NCBI RefSeq assembly: GCF_006345805.1
Contig: NC_043007.1
Location: 50,220,001 to 50,284,000, forward strand
DNA from: Octopus sinensis
Lineage: Eukaryota
Direction: 5' to 3'
Length of the DNA: 64,000 nucleotides
The notes beneath the pieces are model-generated. The model made no database searches. It saw only the letters and a program-made list of their open reading frames with translations, and had not been told where the DNA came from. Below are positions 38,628 to 53,739 of the stretch, piece by piece (position 1 is the first letter of the stretch; each line of letters starts with the position of its first letter). The position numbers and the translations under genes were made by a program.

Positions 38628-41089
38628 AATTGATTGATTGATTGATTGATTCTAGTTTCAGCTTATGAGCTGTGGACATGCTGGGGCACCGCCATTTGGT
38701 GTTGCTACATGGTTTTACTTCATGAAAGCTTTTTAGCAACTGCCATTTGGTGCATGAGAGAGTTCGATGCAGCTGCCCTCATCTGCACCTCCTGCCGTGA
38801 AGTTGGTTCATCTAGGATACCTGACAGGAAGAGATCCAGTTTCATTTTAAAGACATCTGCATCCACCCCATGCAGGTCTCTTAGGTTCTTCGGGAGGATA
38901 TTGAAAAGCTGTGGGCCTCGGAAGCCCAGGCTATCACAGTATCTTGTCCTACATCTTGATGGCAAATTTGAAGTCCTATGCACCACGCAGTGGCGCCCTG
39001 TTCTGGCATTTGTGTAACTCTCGATGCCAAAGTTTGGGACAAGTCCCTCCAGGATCTTCCAGATGTATATTATGGCATATCTTTCCCGCCTATGCTCCAA
39101 GGAATATAGTTTTAATCTCTTGAGTCTTTCCCAGTAGCTTATATTCTGCATAGAGGCTATCTTCGTGTAGCCACGTTGGATCGCCTCAAGTTCTGTGATC
39201 AACTTGACACTGGATGGTGACCATAACTGAGAGCAATAGTCAAAGTGGCTTAGGACAAGTGTCCTCCAGAGGACCATCATGGTTTCTTGTTCTCTTGTTC
39301 TAAAGGTTCTGAGAATCCATCCGGCCAGTCGTCTACATTTCATTGCCAATTTAGCAACATGTACACGAAAGGTTGCGTCATCACTCATGTAAATACCCAG
39401 GTCACGCACTGATTGTGCCTCTGGGATTGCAATTTCTCCGGGTCCAGTGTATTCATTGGGTATTGCATTTAGTTTTGCATGCTGATAGTATAAAGCTTGA
39501 AACTGTTCAGCATTGAACTGCATGCTATTATTTTCAGCCCACTTGTATATTTTGTCCAGCTCACATTGCAGGCGTTTAGTGTCCTCAGGGTTCTGTATTG
39601 CCTGTGAAACTTTTGTATCATCTGCATAACTTGTGATCGTGGCTCTCTGCGTGGCTGAGGGCATGTCTGAGAGGGCCATTATGAACAGTAGTGGTCCCAA
39701 AACAGTGCCCTGCGGAACACCGCTCACTATTTGCGTGTTAATGGAAGTGGCCCCATTGGCTACTACCACCTGCCTTCTATCTTTCAGAAAGTCATGAAGC
39801 CATTCACCCAGTAGTTTTCCAACTATGTTGAGATCACGCAGTTTGTGACATATCATTCCATGATCGACTTTATCAAAGGCCTTTGCAAAGTCGAGATATA
39901 GCACTTCCACATTTGAGTGGTTGAGCAGTCGTTTCAGCACCCAGTCATAGTGTTGTAGGAGCTGAGTTAAGCAGCTTCTCCCTGGTCGGAAACCATGTTG
40001 GGTGTCGGGCAGCAGGTCATTTTCTTCAAGGAAGGTGATTAGTTTCCTTCTGACTATTCGTTCCATGACCTTGCTGATGTGTGAGGTCAGAGAGATAGGT
40101 CTGTAGTTCTTGGCCTCCGCTGTGCTACCTCCTTTATGAATAGGGCATATTTTACCTTCCTTCAGTTTTCTTGGAAGTTTGCCAGCTGCAAGGAAGCTCT
40201 GAAAGAGGAACTGCAGTGGTCTTGCTAGGACTCTCTTACATACTTTTAGGAGGATTGCCGGGAATCCATCGGGGCCAGTAGCTGAGTCTGTTTTCATTTC
40301 ATCTATAGCCTTTATTACATCGTCTTCCTTTATATCGATGTAATTTATCGTCGCCGCCTCTGATTCTATATCTGCAGTGGTAAAGAAGTCAGTTGGATAG
40401 GTGATTTGGAAATGCCCAAGGGGTGGAGTGAAAACACTCTTGAATTGCTCATTCAGTATTTCACTTACCCTTATTGGTTTTCCTGTGAGTGTGCCATCCT
40501 TTTCAAGGAGTGGCCCTATCCTACAGTGCACCGTAGCTGTTTCTTTGGCATACCTGTAGAAAGCTCTGGGATTAGATTTTATGTTGTCTATAGCCCAGGC
40601 TTCTTTGTCTGCTCTTACCTTTTCATGGGAGAGTTGCAGACATTTTTCAATTTCCAACAGTTTTATTTTCAGGCGGGACTTTTCACTGCTTTCAATTTGT
40701 TTGTTTAGGCGATTTGAAATTTTTGTACGCCGTCTCATTAAAATGTTCCTCTCTCTGGGGATTTTGTTCTTGTGTAGAGTGGCTTTTCTCTCTGGGACAC
40801 ATTTGTAGCATATGGCTTGCATTACAGACATGAATTGTTGAAGTTTCACGTCGATGTCAGGCGAGGGGAGACATTCAGGCCAGTTTTGTTTGAGGATCTC
40901 TTTCTCAATTTGTTTCCAGTTTGCCTTATGGAAGTTCAAGCTGGAAAGATTCTGAGGGTTTCTTGTAGGCTGCATGTCCATGTTTTCCTTTGGCCCGTAC
41001 ATGGTCAGCTCTACCATGTTGTGATCCGAGAGTAGTGTCGGTGTCACTTTCACATTATCCATTTTTTTGTGGATGTTCGTAAGTCGCAT
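38628..41089 (-). mobile_element. 5'-truncated young CR1/L2-group LINE with (ATCA)n tail
   Basis: Uninterrupted ORF, short 3' UTR, tail of TCAA repeats at 38628-38651. Confidence 0.9.
38720..41089 (-). CDS. LINE pol (APE endonuclease C-terminal end plus reverse transcriptase), 789 aa, N-terminally truncated
   Basis: SDHN endonuclease end, GPDG, NYRPISLTS, QHGFR, YLDFAKAFD, GVPQGTVLGP, YADD, RDLGI, LSHFDYCSQLWSP. Confidence 0.93.
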   Translation of the reverse strand: MRLTNIHKKMDNVKVTPTLLSDHNMVELTMYGPKENMDMQPTRNPQNLSSLNFHKANWKQIEKEILKQNWPECLPSPDIDVKLQQFMSVMQAICYKCVPERKATLHKNKIPRERNILMRRRTKISNRLNKQIESSEKSRLKIKLLEIEKCLQLSHEKVRADKEAWAIDNIKSNPRAFYRYAKETATVHCRIGPLLEKDGTLTGKPIRVSEILNEQFKSVFTPPLGHFQITYPTDFFTTADIESEAATINYIDIKEDDVIKAIDEMKTDSATGPDGFPAILLKVCKRVLARPLQFLFQSFLAAGKLPRKLKEGKICPIHKGGSTAEAKNYRPISLTSHISKVMERIVRRKLITFLEENDLLPDTQHGFRPGRSCLTQLLQHYDWVLKRLLNHSNVEVLYLDFAKAFDKVDHGMICHKLRDLNIVGKLLGEWLHDFLKDRRQVVVANGATSINTQIVSGVPQGTVLGPLLFIMALSDMPSATQRATITSYADDTKVSQAIQNPEDTKRLQCELDKIYKWAENNSMQFNAEQFQALYYQHAKLNAIPNEYTGPGEIAIPEAQSVRDLGIYMSDDATFRVHVAKLAMKCRRLAGWILRTFRTREQETMMVLWRTLVLSHFDYCSQLWSPSSVKLITELEAIQRGYTKIASMQNISYWERLKRLKLYSLEHRRERYAIIYIWKILEGLVPNFGIESYTNARTGRHCVVHRTSNLPSRCRTRYCDSLGFRGPQLFNILPKNLRDLHGVDADVFKMKLDLFLSGILDEPTSRQEVQMRAAASNSLMHQMAVAKKLS

Positions 41090-41367
41090 AAGTCGTAAGT
41101 CGGGGAGAAACTTTTTAAAGAGTAGTGTGGTTGATAACCGTCTCTATGACTTGGCTAGTAATTATAGACTCTGAAACGTTGAGAGGACTTCAGCAGCATT
41201 TGTAATCAGAACATAAACGGCTTAAGTAAATACTACGGAAAAAATTGGCCAGGTAGAATACCTATTCTGCCTATACTCCACCACCCTTAATCAGTTACAC
41301 TATGATACATTATACACTATACATACTAATGTGCAAACCACTATACTAGTCGGCGCTATACAATATC

Positions 41368-42223
41368 TCAGGTCATCCCATAAGTTCTGTCCGAATTTTG
41401 AATAACGGAAACAAATGATCAAATTTTAATTGAAATTTAATCATGAATGTACTTTCCCTGATTATCTATGACTTCCTTCCATCTACTTACAACTTTTTCC
41501 CATGAAGTTCCCTTCTCGGTTGTGTTTGAGCTTTTCCCCTTTTACCAAGCCACTGTTTACGACGTTTAACATTTCGATAGAAGATCCCTTTTTCGTCACC
41601 AGTCACAAGTCTATCCAAAAAGAGTGAAATGAGTTCGCGAGAATGGAGAGAAGAGAAGATGTCAACTCGGGATATGCAGTTGCTTTCGGACAATTCATGA
41701 GGCACCATTTTCCAAGTTTAGGAACCTTTCCAAGTTGTTGAAGATGATGATGAACAGCTGTATGGTTTGAACTAAGCTTTATTGCCAATTCTTCAACTGA
41801 TAATGCCTCAAGGAGCTTATCATCAAACTCAACTGGACGTCCTGTTCGATCTTCATCTTCAAGGCTGAAATCTCCACTTCTGAACTTTGCAAACCATCTC
41901 CTGCAAGTTCTTTCATTCAAGCATTATTTCCCATAAACTGAGTGTATGTTTCTAGTCGCTTCGGCTGCAGAGTTTCCTTTTTTGTACTCATAAAGCATTA
42001 TGCGCTTCAAATGCTCTTTGGCTACTTCCATGTTAGAAATGGTTTTAATCAAAGAAATTTTAATTCTATTATTCTGTAAAATAATGTTTAATTAGTTTAA
42101 GTGTACACAAATGCATAAAAATAATTTTTAATTCCATTAGACATTTAATTCCATTAGACTACTATTAAATTTCCTTCAATTTTAAAAAAGGTAAAATCAG
42201 ACAGAACTTATGGGATGACCTGA
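41368..42223 (-). mobile_element. Internally deleted mariner element with both TIRs
   Basis: TIR TCAGGTCATCCCATAAGTTCTGTC at 41368-41391 and inverted at 42200-42223 followed by TA; transposase MEVAKEHLKRIMLYEY.., RWFAKFRSGDFSLED, (W)VPHEL, VTGDEK; rest of the DDD domain missing. Confidence 0.92.
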
Positions 42224-43379
42224 TAGTGTTGAGGACTGAATAAATGGAACCATCGTTCGTAGAGACCAAAGTGAGATCCGGTTTTGTCAATTTAATTGCA
42301 CTTATCATTTAAAAGTCTAAACAAAATCCTACATTCTACTGAAGAGAACACTTTGATGCTCATGTATTTCCTAAAGGCAGAAGTAAAATTGATTCGATCT
42401 TAAATCAAATCCAAATTATTTGACAGTTTTTCACAATTCAGTTTTCATAATATATAATTAATGTCTTAAAAAACAAAATGAAAGAAATAAATGCTACATA
42501 TATGTATTTATGTAAATAATGGAAAACACAGATGTTGGTATGAGATAACTGGTGCCTTTTTCGGGGAATAATGGCTAACAATTGTAAGAAAAAGACATCT
42601 ACAATGACAAGAATAATATGTCAACAATGCTGAGATTGAAATTCCATAGAATGTTCAGTTGGGTTACTTCCGATAGACCACCCTCCCTACAAGTGAAAAA
42701 CATTTTCTTCTACTGCGTGCTGGCTGTTGGTATCTACTACCGATATGCATGTCAATGTCTGAATAAATATGAGTGTGTGTGGGGGGGGAGTGTGTGTGTG
42801 TGTGGGGGGGGTGTGTGTGTGCGGGGAGTGGGGGGGAATGTGTGTGTGCGGGGAGTGGGGGGAGGAGTGTGTGTGTGGGGGGAGTGGGGGGCGCGTTTGT
42901 GTGTGTATATAGATAGATAGATTTTAGTAGCATGTTAGTAGTTGGGGCGACAGTACTGAAAGTCTTAGATTGGGGAAGCATTGCTGGTCATCGTCACCAA
43001 TGGAGAAAACAAGTAAAGAGTGAATATTTTCAAGAAAAAAAAAATACTCATTTTATTATGAGGAATGCGAACTGCTCGAAAACGCACCTCCAGTATAGTA
43101 AATGGGAGAATCTTGGTCCGCAATATCTGCAGACGTGTATGATTATCAAGATCTGGGTTCATTAGTCACCAGCGGAGCCACAAGTAAAGCATAAGTTTGT
43201 TCGAAAGCACAATGTTCTTAAATGTTAATGATAGTTTTCCTAGGTCGTGGGTGAATAGCCATTATGTATGCATGTTCTCTTTCTCTTTAAATCTGAGAGT
43301 TAATTTCGATTAGCCACCTACTTGGTAGCAAGGTTGTGAAGGGAAGTAACTCCTTTTAATCATCATCCTTTAACTTTTA

Positions 43380-43596
43380 AGGTCTTGATGACATTTATAG
43401 TCCCATATATCGTGATCATATGTTGCAAATGTGTTAAGGATTTACATTCTCTCTCCAAGACCCCAGGTTCAGCCATACTTTTGCTTCAGACGGATTGGAA
43501 TATCTTGTTGATCCAATAATAATAGGTGTAAAGCTGAAAGTGAATCTTGGGTACAGGATTTGCAAACTCCTCATCAATGCGCCGTAGATGCCCTCT
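43380..43596 (-). pseudogene. Restriction-like-endonuclease end of an R4/NeSL-type non-LTR element
   Basis: [26 protein letters not shown] resembles the post-PD-D/E region of RLE retroelements. Confidence 0.45.
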
Positions 43597-43957
43597 TTGT
43601 ATGTATGTATGTATGTATGTATGTATGTATGTATGTATGTATGTATGTATGTATGTATATATGTTGAAAGAACCACACATATACTATAGTTCCTTCAGAC
43701 TAGAAACTGCATAAATTCTACTTTTAATGTAAAGTAAGATAATTAGGGGCTTCTTCATAACATATTTAAAACAGGAATTATGTGCATATTAATGTTCTAA
43801 GATTTCCTATGGTGTACATATATTTTTATATTATGTAGTATATGAAAAGTGAAGTTACCCTTCAAATATCGATACGCCGCTTATGGTGCCGCATGTGTCC
43901 ATGCATTTTTACAAATTCTTGACATTAAGAACACACTCGAGTCCGGACACTGTATAG

Positions 43958-44006
<49 letters not shown>

Positions 44007-44016
44007 CTACTTATAC

Positions 44017-44072
<56 letters not shown>

Positions 44073-44152
44073 CTCTATCTATCTATCTATCTATCTACCT
44101 ATCTATCTATCTATCTATCAATCCACTCCATCCATCCATCTATTCATCTATC

Positions 44153-44242
<90 letters not shown>

Positions 44243-44295
44243 CATCCATCCATCCATCCATCTATCCATCCATCCATCCATCCATCCATCCATCC

Positions 44296-44341
<46 letters not shown>

Positions 44342-44354
44342 TTGTGTGTGTGTG

Positions 44355-44406
<52 letters not shown>

Positions 44407-44707
44407 GTATGTATGATTTGTCTTGCATGCTTATGTCTTAAAGCGCCTCTCCCTTTTCTTTTTCTTATTGGCTTCACTATTCGTTCGATTTGCGTTTTTC
44501 TGCTAATGTTGTTTTATATTACTTGCTCGCCTGAAATATAGAGTCTTAAATTGTAACTCTGTTCAATGTCAGATAACTTGTTCGGAGGAAGTAATTACTG
44601 TTCAGCGATTTGACTTGCCTATTGATACTATTATTTTTATTATTTTCCTTACTTTCAATTTATTTATTGTTCGGGTTCTACACACACACACACACACACT
44701 CACACAC

Positions 44708-44767
<60 letters not shown>

Positions 44768-44932
44768 CTATATATATATATATATTATATATATATATGT
44801 ATATATTTATATGTGTATATATATGTATGCATATGTATATGTGCGTGTACATGTATGTGTGTATGTATATGGATGAGTGAGTGTACATGTATGTGCCTGT
44901 CTATGTATATATAGATAGATATATGTTTACAC

Positions 44933-44964
<32 letters not shown>

Positions 44965-44973
44965 GTATATATT

Positions 44974-45062
<89 letters not shown>

Positions 45063-45689
45063 ATATATATACACACTCGCGCACACACAAGTCTGTTTGT
45101 CTGTCTATGTATCTATCTTTCTCGCTACCTCCTAAAATTTAATATTCCTTTCACGACAAACGACACCTAAGAACAGTTCGGGGTGGAAATAAAAAAAAAT
45201 TAAATAGAATCCGTTAGTGATTGCAAGATGGCGTGCTAAAGGAAAACCAATTTCACCGACTTAGATATATAACTAGTAATAAACCAGACTGAATGAGGGA
45301 AAGGACAGAGAGACAGACAAACAAATATGAGATTGGGGTGGGGAAAGAAGGAAGCAAGCAAAGATATACGAAAATGTAGATAGGAGTATAGATAAATAGA
45401 AATGAAAAGAATAGGCGAAGAATAAGAGAGAGAGAGATAAAGAGGGGGGGGGGATAAGAAAGAAAGAAAGAGATGAAGAAAATTAAAGAATAGGAAGAAA
45501 GAAAAAACGTATTAAATAAAAACAGACAGGCAGATGAAGAACGGAGCAGAAAAAGAAAAAGGAAAGAATAAAAGAAAGATAAAAATAGAGAAAGAATGAA
45601 AGGAATGTATGAGGAAAAGAAAGAAAGAAGAAAGTGAGTCTGATATCAACTATGTAATGAGACAGAAGATTAGAAGATTACTTCAATTT

Positions 45690-48470
<2,781 letters not shown>

Positions 48471-48990
48471 TATATATATATACATATATATACATATCTA
48501 TATGTAAATATATGTATATATAAACAGCACCTCACCACCAAACCACTCCACATACACTAGCACTGACCACATTCCAGCACCCACGCCACACACCATCATC
48601 CACACACGTGAAAGTTACTAGCCCATATTCACACACGCTTACACATTCTTATGTACAGACAACGCACGCGCACCTTCGTTTTGGGATCACCAATACTTTA
48701 TTGTCTCCCCTTCTTCCAACCTCTCCCATCAAACTCTTTTTTCCCAACCAGTCGCCAAGCTTCATCGCTGAATCCTCAAGTTTCTTTTTTTTTTTTCATT
48801 TTCTCTGTTTATTCTCCTCGTATTCCTCTCAGTTGAAGAGCGTAGGCTACAAACGTAAAAGACTTTCTCACTCTCCCGAGCGACAAACTAATACAACTGC
48901 TTGTTGTTCATACACTTGTCTTCGTCTTCTGTTTTTTTTCTGTAAATTTCAATATATATATATGCATACATATATATATATATATATATA

Positions 48991-50199
48991 TAGGAGATAA
49001 ATAAAAATATATGCATACATACAAACATATATGTACGTACCTACATCTACATGTATATATACATGCATATATAAATAATTATACGGAAGTACAGGACATC
49101 ACAATAAGACGTAGAAACAGAAAAAGCCAAAAAACAAAAAACAAGAAAACGGAAAACGAAAACCAAATACAGGACAGGTTACACAAGGACAAAACCCCCG
49201 TCATCAGCTGTCGCTAGAGGAGTCAGGCATGTTTCGAAGGCATAACAGAACACTAATCCAATAGGCCTTCCTGCGAGAGAATTAAAATAAAATTTCAAGC
49301 AGCGGGGCACTTTCAAGACGTAACAATAAGACTGCAAAATTAAAATACATGTACAAAAACAAACACAAGAGGACGAACGAAAAAGCCTTTTTTCTGGCAT
49401 AGACAAACAATAAAACTGCAAAAATAAAAATACATGTACAAAAAGTACAATTAGTTACAAAACGAGAAAATAACAAGAATACCATACAGGAAATTAACCA
49501 CACAAGGGGACGAACGAAGAAGCCTTTTTGCTGGCAAGGACGAAAGTGTAGTAGCAGCGCGTGGAGGCAGTCTTTTCAATAGTGGTAACCACGTGTAAAG
49601 GAATTTTGTTTATAGGCAAGGAAGAGGGAAGGAGGAGGGGGACACGCGGCGAAGAGAGAGGAGGAGGGGGAGGGAGAAAGATTGAAGAGGTTAAAGCAAA
49701 GGGAGAGAGTACCGCATCTTCAATATAATAATATTAATAAAAAAAAGGGGACCAAGAAGTGGATCGAAACGACGAATCGGAACGAACCTGATGCGGGGCG
49801 CTGTCAGACAATAAGGAGATAAATAAAAATATATGCATACATACAAACATATATGTACGTACCTACATCTACATGTATATATGCATGCATATATAAATAA
49901 TTATACGGAAGTACAGGACATCACAATAAGACGTAGAAACAGAAAAAGCCAAAAAACAAAAAACAAGAAAACGGAAAACGAAAACCAAATACAGGACAGG
50001 TTACACAAGGACAAAACCCCCGTCATCAGCTGTCGCTAGAGGAGTCAGGCATGTTTCGAAGGCATAACAGAACACTAATCCAATAGGCCTTCCTGCGAGA
50101 GAATTAAAATAAAATTTCAAGCAGCGGGGCACAATGAGTACGAACACAAACAAGACGTAACAATAAGACTGCAAAATTAAAATACATGTACAAAAACAA

Positions 50200-50200
<1 letters not shown>
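48991..50200. repeat. About 822-bp unit plus about 380-bp partial repeat of a PLE-like non-autonomous element
   Basis: GGAGATAAATAAAAATATATGCATAC at about 48993 and 49815; (TA)n flanks. Confidence 0.8.
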
Positions 50201-50252
<52 letters not shown>

Positions 50253-50404
50253 AAAGATACCCGGCGTTGCTCGGGATTGAAAGCTTTGTACTGACTCTAT
50301 TGGATTGTTTTGCCAAACAGCTAAGTTCCGGGGACGTAAACACAGCAACATCGGTTGTCAAGCGATGGGGTTACAAACACAGACAGACACACATACATAC
50401 ATAC

Positions 50405-50450
<46 letters not shown>

Positions 50451-50859
50451 TAGATAATTGCATACATACATATGTATATATATATATATATAGATAGATA
50501 CATATATAAATATATATACATGTATAGGTGAAAGGGTTGGTATGTGAAAGCACGTGGTTGCATATATAAAAATACAGAAAGCTTGTATCATATGGTTAAA
50601 GCATATATTTAAATCGCTATGCTAGAAGACTGTTATAAAAGTTTGCGTATAGTAACATTGTTTTTGGATAAATAACCGGTTTCGTATTTTCTTTTCAAAT
50701 TTCTCAAATATCTTTACCTATCTCGGTGCTCATAGCGAATCCGGCTGTCTGCAGCCCCCGGCGAAAAGTTTCTGAAGGTGGTCATATGTATATATACATA
50801 TATAGGTATATAGATACAATATAGGTATAGACTTGTTCAAAGTTTAAATTGTTTACAAA

Positions 50860-51900
50860 GGAAAATTGTCCATTCTTCAGCTTAAACTGTCTCGAGTTCT
50901 TGTAGAGATGATGGTGGGAGATATCGACTCCTTTCTTGTTTTTCTAAAATGCACCATAAATGTTCAATAATATTGAGATCTAGGGGACTGTGGTTGCCAG
51001 ATAAGATGTTCAACTTCACTAGAATGTTCCTCGTGCCATTCAGTAACAATTTTGGCTGCATGAATCGGTGCATTGTCATCCTGAAAGAGTGCCTTTTCTC
51101 CCAGACATAATTCCGCAAACATAGGATGAATTTGATCAGATAAAAATGCTTAAATAGTCTTGGCTATTAATTCTGGCATGAAGGGAAACCATTGGGCCGA
51201 CAGATTTCCAAGATTTAGACCCCAACAAATCATCACAGAACCCTCTGTGTTTAACAGTTGTAAGAAGGCAGTCCGGGTCAAATGCCTCTTTTGGCTGGCT
51301 CCACACGTATACTCGGCCGGTGGTAGGAAATAAGGCAAAGTATGACTCGTCCGAGAAAATAACATTCTTTCATTGCTTTGGGGACCAATTCTGTAGGTTT
51401 ATACTCCACTCTAAATGCTTTGCAGTGGCTTTCTGATTGCAGCCCTTCCGTGGAATCTGGCTTTGTGCAGCTCCCGGAGAACAGTTTCTGTGGAAGCTGG
51501 GTTCTCAAGGTGGTCATTAAGCTCTGCAGTAATTTTGGGAGCTGTACTTTTGTGATTGTCTGTAACAATTCGCGTAAGGGTCCGACGGTTACTATCTTAA
51601 AGTTTTGGATTTCTACCGGGGTTTTGTTTCGACGAGGAGGATTTTCCCTCTTTCTCAAAGACTTATTAATTACTTTCGAGACAGTACTTCTTGATTCTCT
51701 TAATATTTCGGCTGTTACGCCTCCCATACGAGAAATAACAATTTAACCTCTTAGAAAGATCGATAAATCTGTCATTTTAAGGAATATTAATTACTTTTAC
51801 CTGATCATATGTGAAAAGAAACGGCAATTTTAGCAAAGCCTATTAAGCAACACTAACAAAAAATCAAAAAACATAAATATAAACAAGCTTTTGACGATTT
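50860..51900 (-). mobile_element. Decayed Tc1-family transposon
   Basis: MTDLSIFLRG*IVISRMGG start, RESRSTVSKV HTH, GRAAIRKP, IFSDESYF, SPLDLNIIEHLW; several frameshifts. Confidence 0.85.
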
Positions 51901-52029
51901 TATAGGTATTTCAAAATTATCATGCTATGATATATATATATATGTACAGATATACATATATATATAAGTATGCATATATATATATATGCATACATATATA
52001 TATGTACACATATATATATATATATACAT

Positions 52030-52613
52030 ATATAATTTACAAGATAACTATCTTGTAAATTATGTATAAATTTTACGTTTAAAGGCATATTTTGATATGC
52101 TGGCCATTGATAAAATTTTTTTCTCGAAAAAATTTTTATCCTATATCAATTATAAATAGATTAGTGTTCACTTCCGGATTCCATCACTCTGTGAAAGCTT
52201 CTAGTTCGAATCACACGTGTCTCGAGGTGCGCCGACGATTTTTCTATTTTGGATATATTTGGGGTACTTAAGTCTGCTCGGGACTTGGTGTTTGCTTCTT
52301 CCATGGGTATGAGTAAGTATTTCATTTATATCTCGCGTACTTGCCGCTGAAGAGGGGAAACTTTCTTGTGAATTAACCCCGAAATTGGACCAATACGGTA
52401 AACACGAAGTTTTTAGAGATTTCTATCGTTTTGTTTCGAGACGCATAAATTTAATGGTTATCGACAATTTTTTGTTTCGGCGTATCTGGCATTAGAGTTT
52501 TTCTTCTGCCCTTATCTTGTAAATTATGTATAAATTTTACCTTTAAAGGCATTTTTTGATATGATGGCCATTGATAAAATTTTTTTCCCGAAAAAAATTT
52601 ATCCTATATCAAT

Positions 52614-52618
<5 letters not shown>
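52030..52618 (+). mobile_element. Non-autonomous hammerhead-bearing element: 464-bp monomer, about 105-bp terminal duplication, short 5' fold-back
   Basis: ATCTTGTAAATTATGTATAAATTTTAC at 52050 and 52514; hairpin TAATTTACAAGATA-AC-TATCTTGTAAATTA; (TA)n on both sides. Confidence 0.8.
52341..52401 (+). ncRNA. Type I hammerhead ribozyme, canonical core
   Basis: TTGCCG-CTGAAGA-GGGG-(19 nt)-CCCC-GAAA-TTG-GAC-CAA-TA-CGGTAA: stem I 6 bp, stem II 4 bp, stem III 3 bp, AUA triplet with predicted cleavage after 52395 (hand folded). Confidence 0.85.
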
Positions 52619-52693
<75 letters not shown>

Positions 52694-52717
52694 TAGTAAT
52701 ACTAAGCATACTGATAA

Positions 52718-52759
<42 letters not shown>

Positions 52760-52767
52760 ATATATAT

Positions 52768-52811
<44 letters not shown>

Positions 52812-52859
52812 CATGTATATATATACATACATAATATATACATATATATATATGTACAC

Positions 52860-52895
<36 letters not shown>

Positions 52896-53739
52896 GTATA
52901 TACATACAAATATACATAGATATGCATAAATATATACATGTATATGTATATATATATAAGTGTGTATACATATATATACGTATACACATGCATATATACA
53001 TATATATTCGTATATATATACAGATATATATATATATGCATGTAAATCTATATGTATGCATATATATATCTATATAAGTCTATACATACATCTATATATA
53101 TACATATATATACATATATATACGCATATATATACACATGCATCCACACACACACACACACATATATATATGTATATACATACACATAAATTTATATATA
53201 TACATGAATATATATATATATATATAAACAGGAATATATATATGTATATATACATATAGGTATATACATATATACATGTATATATATGTTTAGATGTATA
53301 TCTACACACACACAGATATATATATATATGTACATATGTATATACATAATATATACATATGTATGCATGCTTGGAGATAATATTTTCACTCTTAATAGTT
53401 TCTGTATTCATTGTGAAAATATTATCTCACATTACAATGAAGATGTTATTGTTTTACTTTTGACATGTCCTACTGAAATAGTATAAGACATAAGATGTTT
53501 CTCCGGGCTCGCATTATGCAAGAAGTTGAAATTGTTTTGGCTCATGAGACTGCTTGGACACCAAGTATGACATATGTAAAATTTGAATGAAATCGATAGG
53601 GTAGTTCTCTAGTTTTAATGATGCACACAGACAGGCAGACACACATTTTCCGGTTTATACACACACACACTCACACACACACACAGACACACACATACAC
53701 ACACACATACACACACACGCACAGACACACACATATATA

